In this document: positions 26,801 through 38,551 of the stretch, one piece after another | Layout: the number at the start of each line of letters is the position of its first letter | How positions within the stretch are numbered: the first letter of the stretch is position 1 | Assembly (NCBI RefSeq): GCF_028641065.1 | Contig: NC_073380.1 | Location: 60,946,001-61,010,000 of the forward strand | Reading direction: 5' to 3' | From: Leucoraja erinacea | Lineage: Eukaryota | Length of the DNA: 64,000 bases | Made by a program: the position numbers and the translations under genes | The notes under the pieces: generated by a model | What the model saw: only the letters and a program-made list of their open reading frames with translations | What the model was told of the DNA's origin: nothing | The model's database searches: none

Positions 26801-29800
26801 GGGTTTCGGCCCAAAACGTTGCCTATTTCCTTCGCTCCATAGCTGCTGCTGCACCCGCAGAGTTTCTCCAGCATTTTTGTGTACCTTCAAATGACGAATA
26901 CTTTGTTTGCTGCTATAAACCGTCTAATTGATAAATATCTTTTTGGTTTTAATTTCATGGATCCACTTGCAACTATAAAAATGAGGAATGTAATCATTTT
27001 TATGGAAAGTCTAATGTTATTTACTCCCAGAGCAAGGCGGCAATGCAGAAATGTATGTATATATCATTAGCTTTTGGTATACTGTTTCTAAATGAATAAT
27101 TATACGTCAACTTGATGTATACGTTTTGATGTGTATATTGGGATCAGTTCATATACATTCCTCTTTGAGCAGTCTGTGAATGGCTGCAAACTCTAATTTA
27201 ATATATATTTGAATAGTTTCTAGCATTTGCCAGAAACCAGGAAGCTGCACTTACTATGAAAGCAGAGAGGCTTATACAGGGATATTACACTGCAAGTAGG
27301 AGAGTTCGAACTGATCCCATTCATGGATCTAAAATTTCTCCAATTGCACTGAAGACTTTGTGAGTGTTTTATTTTATTCAAACTTGTATCTATTAATATT
27401 GAGCACAATAATCTATCTGCATTGTCTTTTCTGCATAGGGTTAATATAGAATCAATTCATCATTAAAGCAAATTTATATTGCAGGTGTGTATATTTAAAG
27501 TAAACAGAAAAACACATTTAAATAGTGCCTTTTAATAGTCCTTTTGGAACCGCAAAATGCTGTGCAACCACGTAGTGCTGTTTTTATGCAGTGGTAAAGT
27601 AGTCACAAGAAAAACTTCCATATATCATGTTTGCTAATCCAAAAACAAAATAGCCTAAATGGCGAAAATATGAAATTAAATATTAGATGTCAGAAATATA
27701 AAGCTGGTCTTACATTTCCGGCCACAGAATCACACAGCTTTAGAGCACAGAAACAGGCCTATCGCCCAACACATCTGTGACGCCCAAGTTGCCTAAAATA
27801 TGGGTCCTGCTTTTCTGCACCAAACCAATATTCTTCAAAACCTTTCTCCATGTACTTGTCCATAGGTCTTTAAAATATTGTTTTTGTATCTGCCTCAACT
27901 ACCTCATCTGGCAGCATACCACATCACCATTCGACTTACCTTTACCCATTACGTTATTATACACTTCTATAAAACCACCCCTAACTTCCTGCGCCCCAAG
28001 GAATAAAGTGCTTGCCTGCCCAACCTCTCCCCACATCTCAGGGCATTGAGACCTGGCGACATCCTCATGGTGACTTTTCTCTACACTCTTTCCAGATTAA
28101 TGGTGCCTTTCCTGCAGCACGGTGACCAAAACTGAACACATAATTCAAGTGCAGCCTCACACAGTACACAATGACATGTGATCATATCTTCAATATTTAA
28201 TTCCCTGACTAATGAAGGCCAACATGCCAAAAGCCTCCCTCACCACTATCTACCAGTGCCGCCACTTTCAGGGAACTTTGTGCTTGTGCTCCTAGATCCC
28301 TTTGTTCAACAACACTCCCCAGGGCCCTACTGTTGACTAGTATTCCCTATCAAAATGCAACACCTCACAATTACCTCAATTAGACTCCAACTGCCATGTC
28401 AATTGACCCGTATAATCAAGATCCCATTGTAACAGTGCACTACACCACCAATTTTAGCACCATCCGCAACATACGGACCATGACACCTACATTCAAATCC
28501 AAATTGTTAATGTAGATAACGGACAGTGGACCCAGCACCGATCACTGTGGTACCCCAATTTATACTGGCCTCCAGTCTGAAGAATAACCCACTACCACCA
28601 CCCTCCATTTCCCATCTTCAAGCCAATTTTGTCTCGAAGTGCTCAACTCACCCTGGATCCCATGTATTCTACCCTTCCAGATTAACCTACTATGCGCTAC
28701 CCTATTAAAGGCCTTACTAAAGACCATGTGGGTAACATTCACAACACCTCCCTCATCAATCATTTTGGTCACCTTTTCAAAAAGCTCAAATTGAGGAGAC
28801 GCAATTTTCCACAAACAAAGCCATGATGAGTATCCCTAATCAGTTCTTGCACATAGATCCTTTCCCTTAGAATCCCCTACAAAAACTTACCCCACCAATA
28901 ATGTGAAGCTCATTAGTCGGTGGTTCCCAGGCTTTTCATACAGTGTGCAAAGAAGCCCATCGGCCCAACTTGCCCACACCGACCAACATGTCCCCTCTAC
29001 TTGTACCACCTGCCAGCGTTTGGCTCATATCCCTCTAAACCTATCCTATCCATGCACTTGTCTAAATGTTTCTTAAAGGTTGCGATAACACCTGCCTCAG
29101 CTCGTTCCATATACCCATCACTCTGTTTAAAAAAAGTTACCCCTCAGGTTCCTATTAAATCTTTCCCCCATCATCTTAAACCTGTGTCCTCTGGTTCTCT
29201 CTTCCCCATCTCAAGCCAAGAGACTATGCATTTACCCGATCTGTTCCTCTCATGGTTTTGTATACTTATAAGATCGCCCCATCTTCCTGCGCTCCAAGGA
29301 ATATAGTCCTAGCCTGCTCAACCGCTCCCTATAGCTCAGGCCCTTAAATCCTGACAGCATCCTCGTAAATCTTCCCAGCACCATTTCCAGCTTGACAGCA
29401 TCTTTCCAAACTTAAAACAATACTCTAAATGTCGCCTCACCAACATCTTATATAACTGAAACATGACACCCCCCCCTAACTTCTATACTCAATATTCTTA
29501 TTGATGATGGCCAAAGTGCCAAAAGCTTTTTAACCACCCTATCTACCCACGGTTACTTTCAAAGAATTATATACCTGCACTCTTGGATCCCTCTGCTCTA
29601 AAACACTTCCCAGAATCCTACCATGTAGGTCCTGCCCATGTTGGACTTCCCAAAATATTTCTTCCCTGACTTCCCACAATCTCTTTGTACACACTTGATC
29701 AGGAATTTATCTATTGTAATGCATTTTAAGCCTTCCAGATCTTTACTATATTCATCTTAATATTCCCAATTCACTAGTAAAACTCTGATAATCCTGCACC

Positions 29801-31268
29801 CTCCATACCTTCGAACTAGCAAATTATCTGGATTTTGGGTGCTACGCCTATCAATAAACCAACTCACTTTAAATTAAAATATTATGTAATAAAGAATGAA
29901 AACGGACTTGAAAACTGAACCAATGAATTTAAAGGGAACAGGAAATGTAACCTGGTGATTTCAGGTTAGGTTTCACCTTGTCAAAACATACACGCATTCC
30001 AGACGCCGGCTCCGAACTGTATTCACATTCCTGACCTCATGCTCACAACCCACCATTTCAGTCGCACATCTGGCTCACTGTCCAGTGCCACGCATGCTCC
30101 AGTCCACGTCTCACATTGCAGACCGAGCAAGCCAGGCGCCAAAATCTCAGGGCATTTGACAATCAGATACAGATTATTGGAGTTTTACTGTAAATGAGAT
30201 TTCTTACTGCCTATTTAAGAAATCACTGACCTTTCACCTCTGATAGTCAACCAATCATCACATCCTTGGGTCTGTGGTATCTCGAAATAATATTACCCAA
30301 TGACAAAATGTAGATCCATGGCTCGTTGAGACTGTAAAACATGTATTAAAAATGAAGGGATTAAACTCATGATGTCATTAAATGTATATGTACTTTAACA
30401 TAGATGTGATTCCTGTAGCTGAGGTCACATAGTGGACATTTTGCTGTATTTTAGTTTAGAATCATTTGAATAAATAGTGGTTGTATTAGAGGTGCTTTAT
30501 TCAATAACTATCTGGATCTCAGCTATAAATGATTTATGAGATGAGATGTCATGCCAGTCTTTCTCTGATAAGCACACAGAAAAGTGACAATATCTGGAAC
30601 TAAATCTTAGTATGCCCACACTAACTGTGGCAGCAGATTAGACAAAATCTGCTTTAAATATAGATAAGTTTAATGTTTTTTCTTGCAGTTATTCATTCCG
30701 TAATTAAAATTAGTTGTACTAAGTAGTTCATTCTGTATCAGTGGGAGAATCACATTATGAATATGCAGATACTTTCACATTTATTGGAGCAACAGTTAGA
30801 TAATTCTTAATTTTTTCCAACTTGCAAGAATGTCTTTATCTGAAGCACATGCCAAACTCAGCCTGAGACATAAAATACTGGAACAAGATGCCGTCATTGC
30901 AATTTTACTGTATGAGATTTCCACGACTGCAAGATACGGTAAAGATAGCAAAGAGTGCCTTTGAATAAAAATATTAATTTTATAGTATGATATACAAAGA
31001 ATAATATGATTTATAAGTTTGGATAAAGCCCTGTTTCTATTAAAAATAGCAGGATATGAATCATGACAATGGATTAAAATGATTTATGTTAATTTCTGCA
31101 GGCGCTTCTGTACTCTGTGTGGCTCCAAATGCAGTATTTCCATTTGATCAGTGTGATGAGCACAGCTTAAATCAAAGGGATATATACTTGACACAATTCC
31201 GTCAACAACTCATACAGTTCTGCTCGACATATGCCCCTGGGATGTCTGCGCTTTTTGTTGAAGAATAA
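1274..31268 (+). CDS. MCMDC2: Minichromosome maintenance domain-containing protein 2 (meiotic recombination factor); 14 coding exons, 2058 nt, 685 aa
   Basis: Manually spliced exons give a continuous frame matching remembered vertebrate MCMDC2 ([14 protein letters not shown], [35 protein letters not shown]). All junctions are GT-AG with consistent phases. Confidence 0.96.
2461..2591 (+). CDS. MCMDC2: MCMDC2 coding exon 2
   Basis: tttacag|; [44 protein letters not shown]; |gtgagt. Confidence 0.94.
2726..2785 (+). CDS. MCMDC2: MCMDC2 coding exon 3
   Basis: ttttcag|; [20 protein letters not shown]; |gtaagt. Confidence 0.93.
2882..3013. repeat. 66-bp tandem duplication (2 copies) in MCMDC2 intron 3
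   Basis: attggactaatgccaggcttgcagatcc...cacctgtgcat repeated at 2882 and 2948, nearly identical. Confidence 0.9.
3785..6322 (+). mobile_element. Rex1/Babar-clade LINE, 5'-truncated and frameshifted (APE endonuclease + RT)
   Basis: [66 protein letters not shown]; tail (cttgaa)n. Confidence 0.92.
6439..6634 (+). CDS. MCMDC2: MCMDC2 coding exon 4
   Basis: [24 protein letters not shown]...[20 protein letters not shown]; G|gtaaga. Confidence 0.94.
6873..8620 (-). mobile_element. CR1 LINE, 5'-truncated, decayed
   Basis: Minus-strand ORF pieces [56 protein letters not shown]. Confidence 0.9.
8650..9103 (+). mobile_element. Rex1-type LINE 3' fragment
   Basis: [19 protein letters not shown]...[11 protein letters not shown]...SFYPIAIR; (attc)n tail. 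Confidence 0.8.
9415..10245. mobile_element. Cluster of decayed CR1 3' fragments in both orientations
   Basis: [19 protein letters not shown] on +; CR1 3'UTR-like pieces on -. Confidence 0.75.
10344..10466 (+). CDS. MCMDC2: MCMDC2 coding exon 5
   Basis: ccacag|; [41 protein letters not shown]; G|gtatgt. Confidence 0.94.
12153..12260 (+). CDS. MCMDC2: MCMDC2 coding exon 6
   Basis: [36 protein letters not shown]; G|gtaagc. Confidence 0.92.
12338..12598 (+). mobile_element. CR1 LINE 3' fragment
   Basis: [14 protein letters not shown]-like end plus CR1 3'UTR with (ctattgt)n tail. Confidence 0.8.
14318..14616. mobile_element. Tc1/mariner-type MITE with long imperfect inverted repeats
   Basis: ta|CAGAT...ATCTG|ta termini; ~90-bp imperfect IR (14329-14418 vs 14523-14611). 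Confidence 0.7.
15060..15188 (+). CDS. MCMDC2: MCMDC2 coding exon 7
   Basis: [43 protein letters not shown]; G|gtaaga. Confidence 0.9.
15290..15620 (-). mobile_element. Penelope-like element fragment
   Basis: [24 protein letters not shown] resembles the Penelope RT C-terminal region (RIPLVLTFHP...IILRHF). Confidence 0.6.
16004..16241 (+). CDS. MCMDC2: MCMDC2 coding exon 8
   Basis: [55 protein letters not shown]...DPVTVDR; AG|gtacag. Confidence 0.92.
17160..17440 (+). mobile_element. Penelope-like GIY-YIG region, decayed
   Basis: Degenerate match to the better-preserved copy at 39858-40109 (…ttggaagaacatcacctc…tgggtagcctacaa…attgaattctcc). Confidence 0.6.
17801..18219. mobile_element. GC-rich fold-back/MITE with ~80-bp imperfect inverted repeats
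   Basis: gcacaaggaacaaatgacctaaagtttgcattgagcgaactgagtgtt vs aacactcagttcactcaacgcaaactttaggtcatttgttccttgcgc. Confidence 0.7.
19351..22745. mobile_element. PIF/Harbinger-like non-autonomous element (~3.4 kb) with nested short repeats, inserted in an old CR1
   Basis: ~40-bp imperfect TIRs (ggcctttctcacggggagacttgacgcaagatgtaaccagag / ctctggttacctcttgcgtcaagtcgcccccgtgacaaaggg); TTA TSD at 19348-19350 and 22746-22748; the flanks rejoin as CR1-like WVTFKE. Confidence 0.75.
21611..21825 (+). mobile_element. tRNA-derived HE1/V-SINE-like element (internally deleted)
   Basis: A/B-box head (ggtagagttgctgcctcacagc...ggttcgatcc) and CR1-type tail gggccgaagggcctgtttcc. Confidence 0.75.
23428..23633 (+). 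CDS. MCMDC2: MCMDC2 coding exon 9
   Basis: ttgcag|; [16 protein letters not shown]...[32 protein letters not shown]; G|gtacag. Confidence 0.94.
23723..23889 (+). CDS. MCMDC2: MCMDC2 coding exon 10
   Basis: [37 protein letters not shown]...IGSV; |gtaagg. Confidence 0.93.
25296..25586 (+). repeat. 143-bp tandem duplication spanning the intron 10/exon 11 boundary
   Basis: aatgagattatatggg...ttcag GAT.TCAGTTCAGTACC...ggtctaatga occurs at 25296 and 25439; aatga junction microhomology. Confidence 0.92.
25538..25717 (+). CDS. MCMDC2: MCMDC2 coding exon 11
   Basis: [23 protein letters not shown]...[10 protein letters not shown]; |gtaaaa. Confidence 0.9.
25880..26034 (-). mobile_element. CR1 3' end fragment
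   Basis: Reverse complement of the CR1 tail seen at 300-465 and 33120-33297. Confidence 0.85.
26665..26890 (+). mobile_element. Penelope-derived terminal repeat
   Basis: gaacattgaattctcc...ttgaagaagggtttcggcccaaaacgttgcc...ttctccagcatttttgtgtacctt. Confidence 0.7.
27217..27359 (+). CDS. MCMDC2: MCMDC2 coding exon 12
   Basis: [47 protein letters not shown]; TT|gtgagt. Confidence 0.93.
27725..29660 (-). mobile_element. Two adjacent decayed CR1 copies
   Basis: [26 protein letters not shown] on -; a second CR1 3' end at ~28935-29660. Confidence 0.8.
29775..30190. mobile_element. Tigger/pogo-like MITE
   Basis: agtaaaactctgataatc ... gattattggagttttactg|ta terminal inverted repeats. Confidence 0.6.
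30829..30938 (+). CDS. MCMDC2: MCMDC2 coding exon 13
   Basis: [36 protein letters not shown]; G|gtaaag. Confidence 0.93.
31102..31268 (+). CDS. MCMDC2: MCMDC2 coding exon 14 (terminal)
   Basis: ctgcag|; [55 protein letters not shown]. Confidence 0.94.
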
Positions 31269-31349
31269 CTTTGAACAAAAATTTAGATTGGCATTGTGCT
31301 AGGAATCTGCTTATTGTAATATTGCATTTTACTGAAATGTTTGAAAAAT

Positions 31350-31365
31350 AATAAAATTTAATAAA
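31350..31365 (+). terminator. Candidate MCMDC2 polyadenylation signals
   Basis: AATAAA at 31350-31355 and 31360-31365, ~80-100 nt after the stop. Confidence 0.5.
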
Positions 31366-32017
31366 TGCCAAAACACTGATATGTCTGCACAAATAATATG
31401 GTAACAAAGGTCTTATTAGACAAATAGCAATATTTATTACATTATATTGAATAGATTGGCATTGCTATCTCATTTTAAAATCAGTTCTTTTAAAATTATT
31501 CAAACAAAATAAATAAACTGCAAAAACAAACATGAGATGCTTAATTTATTTGCTTAAGCAATTTTCTGCCACAGAAAGGCAGGTTCAAATGTGGATATCT
31601 CCTTGGGTTCAGCAGCAATCAGTCCTACAAATGGTGACCTCTACTTTTGTGGCAGTTAACTTGCACTCTACAATAGTCGAAGGACTGGGAGGCTAATAAA
31701 GATATTTCCTGCAGTTTGTAGGATATTGTTGCTTGAGTTTCCATATGCCAGGCTTATTAGGGTTAATTTGCATGGCAAAGTCCCCAGTGGAGTTGATTCC
31801 TTTTTCTTCCAAAATCGCCGGTGACGCCGATGCACAAGGTCCAACGGGCATCCGAAAATATTCCATTTTCTGAATATTGGGGCAGTTAGTTTTGGAACTG
31901 GTATCTTAATAAATAAACAAGACTAATTAGCAATACCTCCAACTGTGACATTAACTTAGCCCTGCCTTTCATTTCATTCTAAATTGTATTATATATTGTA
32001 TTTATATTGTATTAAAT

Positions 32018-33297
32018 ATGTCTGACGAAATCTTATAGAATTTTTCGAGGATGTAACTAGTAGCGTGGATAGGGGAGAACCAGTGGATGTGGTGTATCTG
32101 GACTTCCAGAAGGCTTTCGACAAGGTCCCACATAAAAAATTAGTATACAAACTTAAAGCACAAGGCATTGGGGGTTCAGTATTGATGTGGATAGAGAACT
32201 GGCTGGCAAACAGGAAGCAAAGAGTAGGAGTAAACGGGTCCTTTTCACAATGGCAGGCAGTGACTAGTGGGGTACCCCAAGGCTCAGTACTGGGACCCCA
32301 GCTATTTACAATATATATTAATGATCTGGATGAGGGAATTGAAGGCAATATCTCCAAGTTTGCGGATGACACTAAGCTGGGGGGCAGTGTTAGCTGTGAG
32401 GAGGATGCTAGGAGACTGCAGGGTGACTTGGATAGGCTGGGTGAGTGGGCAAATGTTTGGCAGATGCAGTATAATGTGGATAAATGTGAGGTTATCCATT
32501 TTGGTGGCAAAAACAGGAAAGCAGACTATTATCTAAATGGTGGCCGATTGGGAAAGGGGGAGATGCAGCGAGACCTGGGTGTCATGGTACACCAGTCATT
32601 GAAGGTAGGCATGCAGGTGCAGCAGGCAGTAAAGAAAGCGAATGGTATGTTAGCTTTCATTGCAAAAGGATTTGAGTATAGGAGCAGAGAGGTTCTACTG
32701 CAGTTGTACAGGGTCTTGGTGAGACCACACCTGGAGTATTGCGTACAGTTTTGGTCTCCAAATCTGAGGAAGGACATTATTGCCATAGAGTGAGTGCAGA
32801 GACGGTTCACCAGACTGGTTCCTGGGGATGTCAGGACTGTCTTATGAAGAAAGACTGGATAGACTTGGTTTATACTCTCTAGAATTTAGAAGATTGAGAG
32901 GGGATCTTATAGAAACTTACAAAATTCTTAAGGGGTTGGACAGGCTAGATGCAGGAAGATTGTTCCCGATGTTAGGGAAGTCCAGGACAAGGGGTCACAG
33001 CTTAAGGATAAAAGGGGAAATCCTTTAAAACCGAGATGAGAAGAACTTTTTTCACGCAGAGAGTGGTGAATCTCTGGAACTCTCTGCCACAGAGGGTAGT
33101 TGAGGCCACTTCATTGGCTATATTTAAGAGGGAGTTAGATGTGGCCCTTGTGGCTAAGGGGATCAGGGGGTATGGAGAGAAGGCAGGTACGGGATACTGA
33201 GTTGGATGATCAGCCATGATCATATTGAATGGCGGTGCAGGCTCGAAGGGCCGAATGGCCTACTCCTGCACCTAATTTCTATGTCTATGTTTCTATG
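32018..33297 (+). mobile_element. Young CR1 LINE, 5'-truncated (RT domain nearly intact)
   Basis: ORF 32065-32793 with YLDFQKAFDKVPH, GVPQGSVLGP, SKFADDTKLG; one premature TGA, then the C-terminus and (tttctatg)n tail. Confidence 0.95.
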
Positions 33298-34584
33298 TAT
33301 TATAACCTTCCAGCTATCCCCATTAACTAACTGACCATTAATTAACTGTTAATTCATTCTCCAAGATTCTCCTACCTCTGGTTCTATTTCAAGTTTTTGC
33401 TAAAAAAATGTTGTAAGACAGTAGGAAAATCTGTCTCCACTTAACTACCAGAATACCCTCTGAAAGTCACTCGAGTAAAATAAATAAGAATAAAACGGCC
33501 ACACATTGAATGTTACCGTTCACGTCCTCTCAATTCAACAGGATGGCTCTGATCTGTCCGATCGCTTTCAAAACGAATTTAATGCCTTAAAACAGTGTAG
33601 ATCTCTCTCTCTCTCACATTGTACACTTCTCCTAATGTAGCAATTTTTCAAGTCTTTTCAAAACACGTGAATTATTTTATTTTTGAGGCAAATTTAGCCT
33701 TCTCTCCTTTTGAACATTAACCAAGTGGTTCATTACTTTTTGAATCAGGAACTTGGAAGATAGGTAGAGCATGTTTCCCCTCAAACTGCTAAACATGTAT
33801 CAGAGAACTGCTCATGGTACCATTTTTCTTTTAGCCATTCTTTCCATCATGTTTTATGTCCATTATTTATTTCTTGTATCAAAATATGTGGGTCGTTACT
33901 GATATGTGGGTCGTTACTGAAATGGTTACGGAAATGTTTCTTTGTATAATAGCTTATAGGCATCTGCAGAATTCTTGATTATTATGTTATTAGCAAATCT
34001 TCTTGAGATGTTTCAGCCGGAAACAAGCCTCCCACCTCAGAAAAGGTGGCCATTGAAAACACCCACCCAAAGATCAGTGATCTAAAATCATTGATGGCAA
34101 CTAGGGAGAAAGGCAAGGCATTAATTCTTGTTGTCCTACACATTTATGTCTGAACAAGTGTATGCTGGGAAGTGAACTAAAGAAATTCCACTGACAATTT
34201 GAGTCACTAATTGATACAAACTTTAAGTTTGTATCTAAAAGCTGTCAAATGAACATGATTGATGATGTTCTGATTTACAATTTTGACAGCTTATTAACAT
34301 TAACTAAATTTCAAAGCATAGTGAAGCTAAAATAAAGATCAATATAGCACAGTGGCAGTTTCAGTGCAATAAAATATATAATTAAAAGGCTGTCCAGCTG
34401 CATGTATTGATGGTAACTGGGAGTTTAAGTGCAAATTAATTCAGGGCCACGTCCAGCAAACAGAATATTGCCTGCAGTAATTTTGTGCCCAAACATTAAT
34501 TTGATGGTACTTACATTTAATTCTTCAAATATACAAATCACACTCTTCATTAAATTAAAATGTTGATCTCAATACAAAATCATA

Positions 34585-35450
34585 TATAAAACATAGAGCA
34601 GTACTGCACAAACAGGGTTTTCAACCCATAATATCTGATTGCAAGGTCCTGATGGCAAGACATCTTTCTGCCTGCACATAATCCATATCCCTCTATGCCA
34701 AACACATCCATGTGCATAACCATAATCATTTTAAACTCCACAATCGTATCTGCCTCCACCACCATTCCCGACAGCACATTCCAGGTACCCACCACCCTCC
34801 GGGTTAAAAATGTTCCCCATACGTCTTTAAACTTTGCCCCTCTCACCGTAAACATATGCTCTCTAGTATGACATTTGACATTTCCATCCTGGGAAGTATG
34901 TTCTTACTATCTACCCTATCAATGTCCCTCAATTTTATGTACTTCCAAGGAAGACTCTCCACAACCTCTGTATTCTAAAGAAAATAATTCAAGTATGTCC
35001 AACCTCACCTTGTAGCTAATACCCCCTAAACCAGGCATCATTCTGGTAAACTACCTCTGTATCCTTCTCAAGGCCACACATCCTTCCTGTAATGGGACAA
35101 CTAGAATTGCACACAATCCTCCAAATTTGACCAATGAAGGCAAGCCTACCATATGCCTTTTGTTTTTAACCACTCTACCACCATCTACTTGAATGAACAG
35201 CTGAACATGATAGGTGATCTCATTGCGATGTACAAGATACTTGAGGTACATCAATACATTAAATCTGTGAGGATGTTTTCCCTGATGGGAAGAGTGTAGA
35301 AATAGCAATTGTAGCCCAAGTATAAACAGTTCAGCCACTGAAGATTGATGCTGGGAGGAATTTCATAATTTTAAATCTTTGGGATTCACAATCATAGGGG
35401 GTTGTGCAATATCGTAATATGTTCACTTGAGACTGAGATAAAACATCTTT
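34585..35450. mobile_element. Old CR1 3' fragments
   Basis: FLTRRVVGTWNVL..VVEADTI on -; further decayed piece on +. Confidence 0.65.
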
Positions 35451-37641
35451 GGACTGCAGTGGAATCAGTCAAGGGAATCAGGATTGGGGACTGGGCATGA
35501 AAGGGAATGACAGCCAAAGATCTTACATAATGACAGTGGTAGACCAAATGGCTGATTTCTCTTCATTAATCAGTTCAAAGACCATAAACTTGGCATTTTG
35601 GTATCGGTTTATTAGTGGATTGATATTTTATTTTTAGATGTCTGCTCCTTAAGTGCTTATGATAAAGGGCCTGCTATTGGTATATGTTAATTATTTATCA
35701 CTCCACAATAAAATTGTATGATTCACTAATGTTGATTAAGTTGTGAAAAGAGAGGTAAATTAATCCCAAAATTATTGGCATCTCAAAGGGGAAAATACTA
35801 GCTTATCAAAGTATTTACTGAATTAAAAACTAACTAATCAGTGGTGGGATGAGAGGTTTAAAACACAGGATGTTAAAGGCTACTTACATATTTAGTACTG
35901 CTCTGGGATTATAATTTTGATGCATCTTGAAACATTTTGTAACCACACTACTAATACCACATTACCACAACTAATACCACAATATTTTAAAATTATGAGA
36001 CATCTAGAGGGTGAAAATTAGTACAATTTATCTAGAAGACATCTAGAGACGGTGAAGAGGAAGAACAATTTTTCTAGAAGAAATCTAGGGACGGTAATTA
36101 GAAGAAAGTTAGAACAGTGCAGCAGAAGAACAGGTCTTTCAGCTCACAATGTCTGTGCCAAACCTGATGCCAAGACTATCCCCCATCGGCCTGAACGTAA
36201 TAGATATCCCTCCATTCCCTGTGTAGTAGCCATTTAGTTTAACTCAGTATGTTATAACTATAACCAGTTACCTTTAAATTTTATCTGCCTGTAATTATGT
36301 GGGTGTGATTTATACGTAATCTGAGGCGTGTTTGCGACTGGGATTCTGGCGCAGAGGAGTTTAGTTGAGTAGGAATGTGCTCTTTTCATTAGAGGTTTGA
36401 TGTGACTTGGTCCAGTGGAAAAAAATGGACATGATGGAGGGATGGAAAGTAACTGCCCGGAAACATACAAAATACATTGAGAACCCATGCTTGCAGAAAT
36501 CTTTGAAAGAAAGGCGAGACATTTGCATACTGCAAAATTTGTAGGCTTCACATTAGCATTACATGTGGTGGAAACAATTACATTAAAAAACACACTGAAA
36601 AGATAAAGCACATTGAAAATGCTGAGACAGTTTCAATGTCGCGCCCGCTAGCTTTAAGGTTGCCTCTCGCTCAGTCAGAAGACTTCAGTGTTGTAAGAGT
36701 TGAAGTAATGTTCTCAGATTTTCCCTAATGTTTCCTGACAGCAAGATCGCACAAAAGTACTCCTGCGCTAGGACAAAGACAAAACATATTCTCAAATCTT
36801 TGGCTAATGAAGATGCCAGAAATCTAGCTCAAAGTATGAAACAAAGTGTCTTCAGTGTTGCCACGGATGGGAGCACAGATATGGATGCTGTAAAGCTGTA
36901 CCCAGTTCTGGTCAAAACATTCGACAACAATGTTGGACAAGTTAAAGTCAACCCGCTGTCTGTAATGGAATGCTCTGAACGTTCCACGGCATTCAAAGTT
37001 TTCAATATTCTGAATGAAGAACTGGCATCATGGGGAATCCCCTGGTCGAAATGTGTAAGCTTCGCTACAGACAATGCCACCGTCATGGTCGGAAAGCACA
37101 ATGGTGTAGCCACCCACATACGAGCACAGAATTCAAATGTGTACATTATGGGATGTCCTTGACATCTGATGCACATTTCTGCCCAGAGAGGAGCAAAATG
37201 TCTTAGCTACCAAATCGATGATCTGCTTGTGGTGACTATCTCGTCAAAAGTCAGCTAAGGCACCAAGCCGTCATTCAGCTCCAACAGGAACATGGGGTGG
37301 AAATACAGAAGCATGTGTCAACACGGTGAGTACATTTGTTCTGTTTTTTAAGAAAAACGTAGAATGTAGAAATTTAATCTTACCAAACTTGGTTTAGTGC
37401 CATGTTGGTTATGTGGACAATGTTAGATACTTAGACTCTACACCTATTTTAAATTTTCATTATTTCCTTGATTTAGTCATTTTTATTTTTTTTTTACACA
37501 TTTAGGTGGTTATCACTACACAAAGCAGTCTGTCGTCTTCTTGACAACTAGGGTCCACTGGAGGACTTTTTCAAGAATGAAAACGAGAACAAGTCTAAGA
37601 GAAAGGCTGAACCTGATGCAACCTTTCCAAGGAAGAAGAGT

Positions 37642-37767
37642 AAGAGTACAAGTTCAAGCACACAGCCAAAGACTGCAACCTCTACCTTGCGCAAGAGTAC
37701 AAATTCAAGCACACAGCCAAAGACTGCAACTTCTACCTTGCCCAAGAGCACAAGTTCAAGCACACAG
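37642..37767 (+). repeat. 51-bp tandem repeat (~2.5 copies) within the transposase
   Basis: aagag(t/c)acaa(g/a)ttcaagcacacagc... at 37642, 37693 and 37744 (KSTSSSTQPKTATSTL). Confidence 0.85.
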
Positions 37768-38056
37768 CTTAAGCAGTTTGACCTTTTGCGATATTTATAT
37801 CGTAAGGACGAGCTGACCAAACAGCATGGAGGGGCTGAGGAAATAGAGAAAACAATTGTTAAACCAAAGACTAGCAGCGTCAACCAAAAAGACCGGTGGG
37901 AGTCAAAGCACAACACATGCACAACAACCATCAAATCCTCAACCGAAGTCACGTTTGATACATCAGCAGCTGAGTGACCCAAACTGTAAACTGTTTTTGA
38001 AGGCAGCGATACCATTCTTTGAGCATCCAAACCAGGTTAGTTGACATGTAGAGTAA

Positions 38057-38551
38057 AGGGCCTGTCCCACGAGCATGCGACTCCACGCGGCAAGCGCAAC
38101 CTAACGTGGCCGCTTGAGCCGTACGGCCTCGTGGGGCCGGTACCACTTCGATCGCCGGAGCCGTATGGAGTTGTGCGGAGCTGGTCCCGACATAGCGTGG
38201 GGCTCCGAAAAACTGACCGTGTTCAAAAATTCCGCACGGCAACGGCCTGCCGGCCCGCAGCCGCCTCGACGCCGTACGCACTGCCTCGACAGGCGCACGC
38301 AGCTTCTCGACGCAGTACACAGCGTCTTGACGCCATACGCAGCTTCTTGACGCTGTACATCACGCGCGGACTTCGCTCGAACTTCACGCCACTCACTCGA
38401 CCTCCGCGCGCCCCCCGCTTCCGGTTTGGTCGTGCTCGCCGCATGCAGGTGGGACCGGCCCTGTACGGGAATCACTCGACCTCCGCGCGGCCCCCGCTTC
38501 GGGTTTGGTCGCACTTGCCGCATGCAAGTCGCATGCTCGTGGGACAGGCAT
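38057..38551. mobile_element. Harbinger-like MITE inside the second transposase intron
   Basis: Perfect 23-bp TIR gcctgtcccacgagcatgcgact / agtcgcatgctcgtgggacaggc; preceded by TAA; CpG-rich interior with internal direct repeat. Confidence 0.8.
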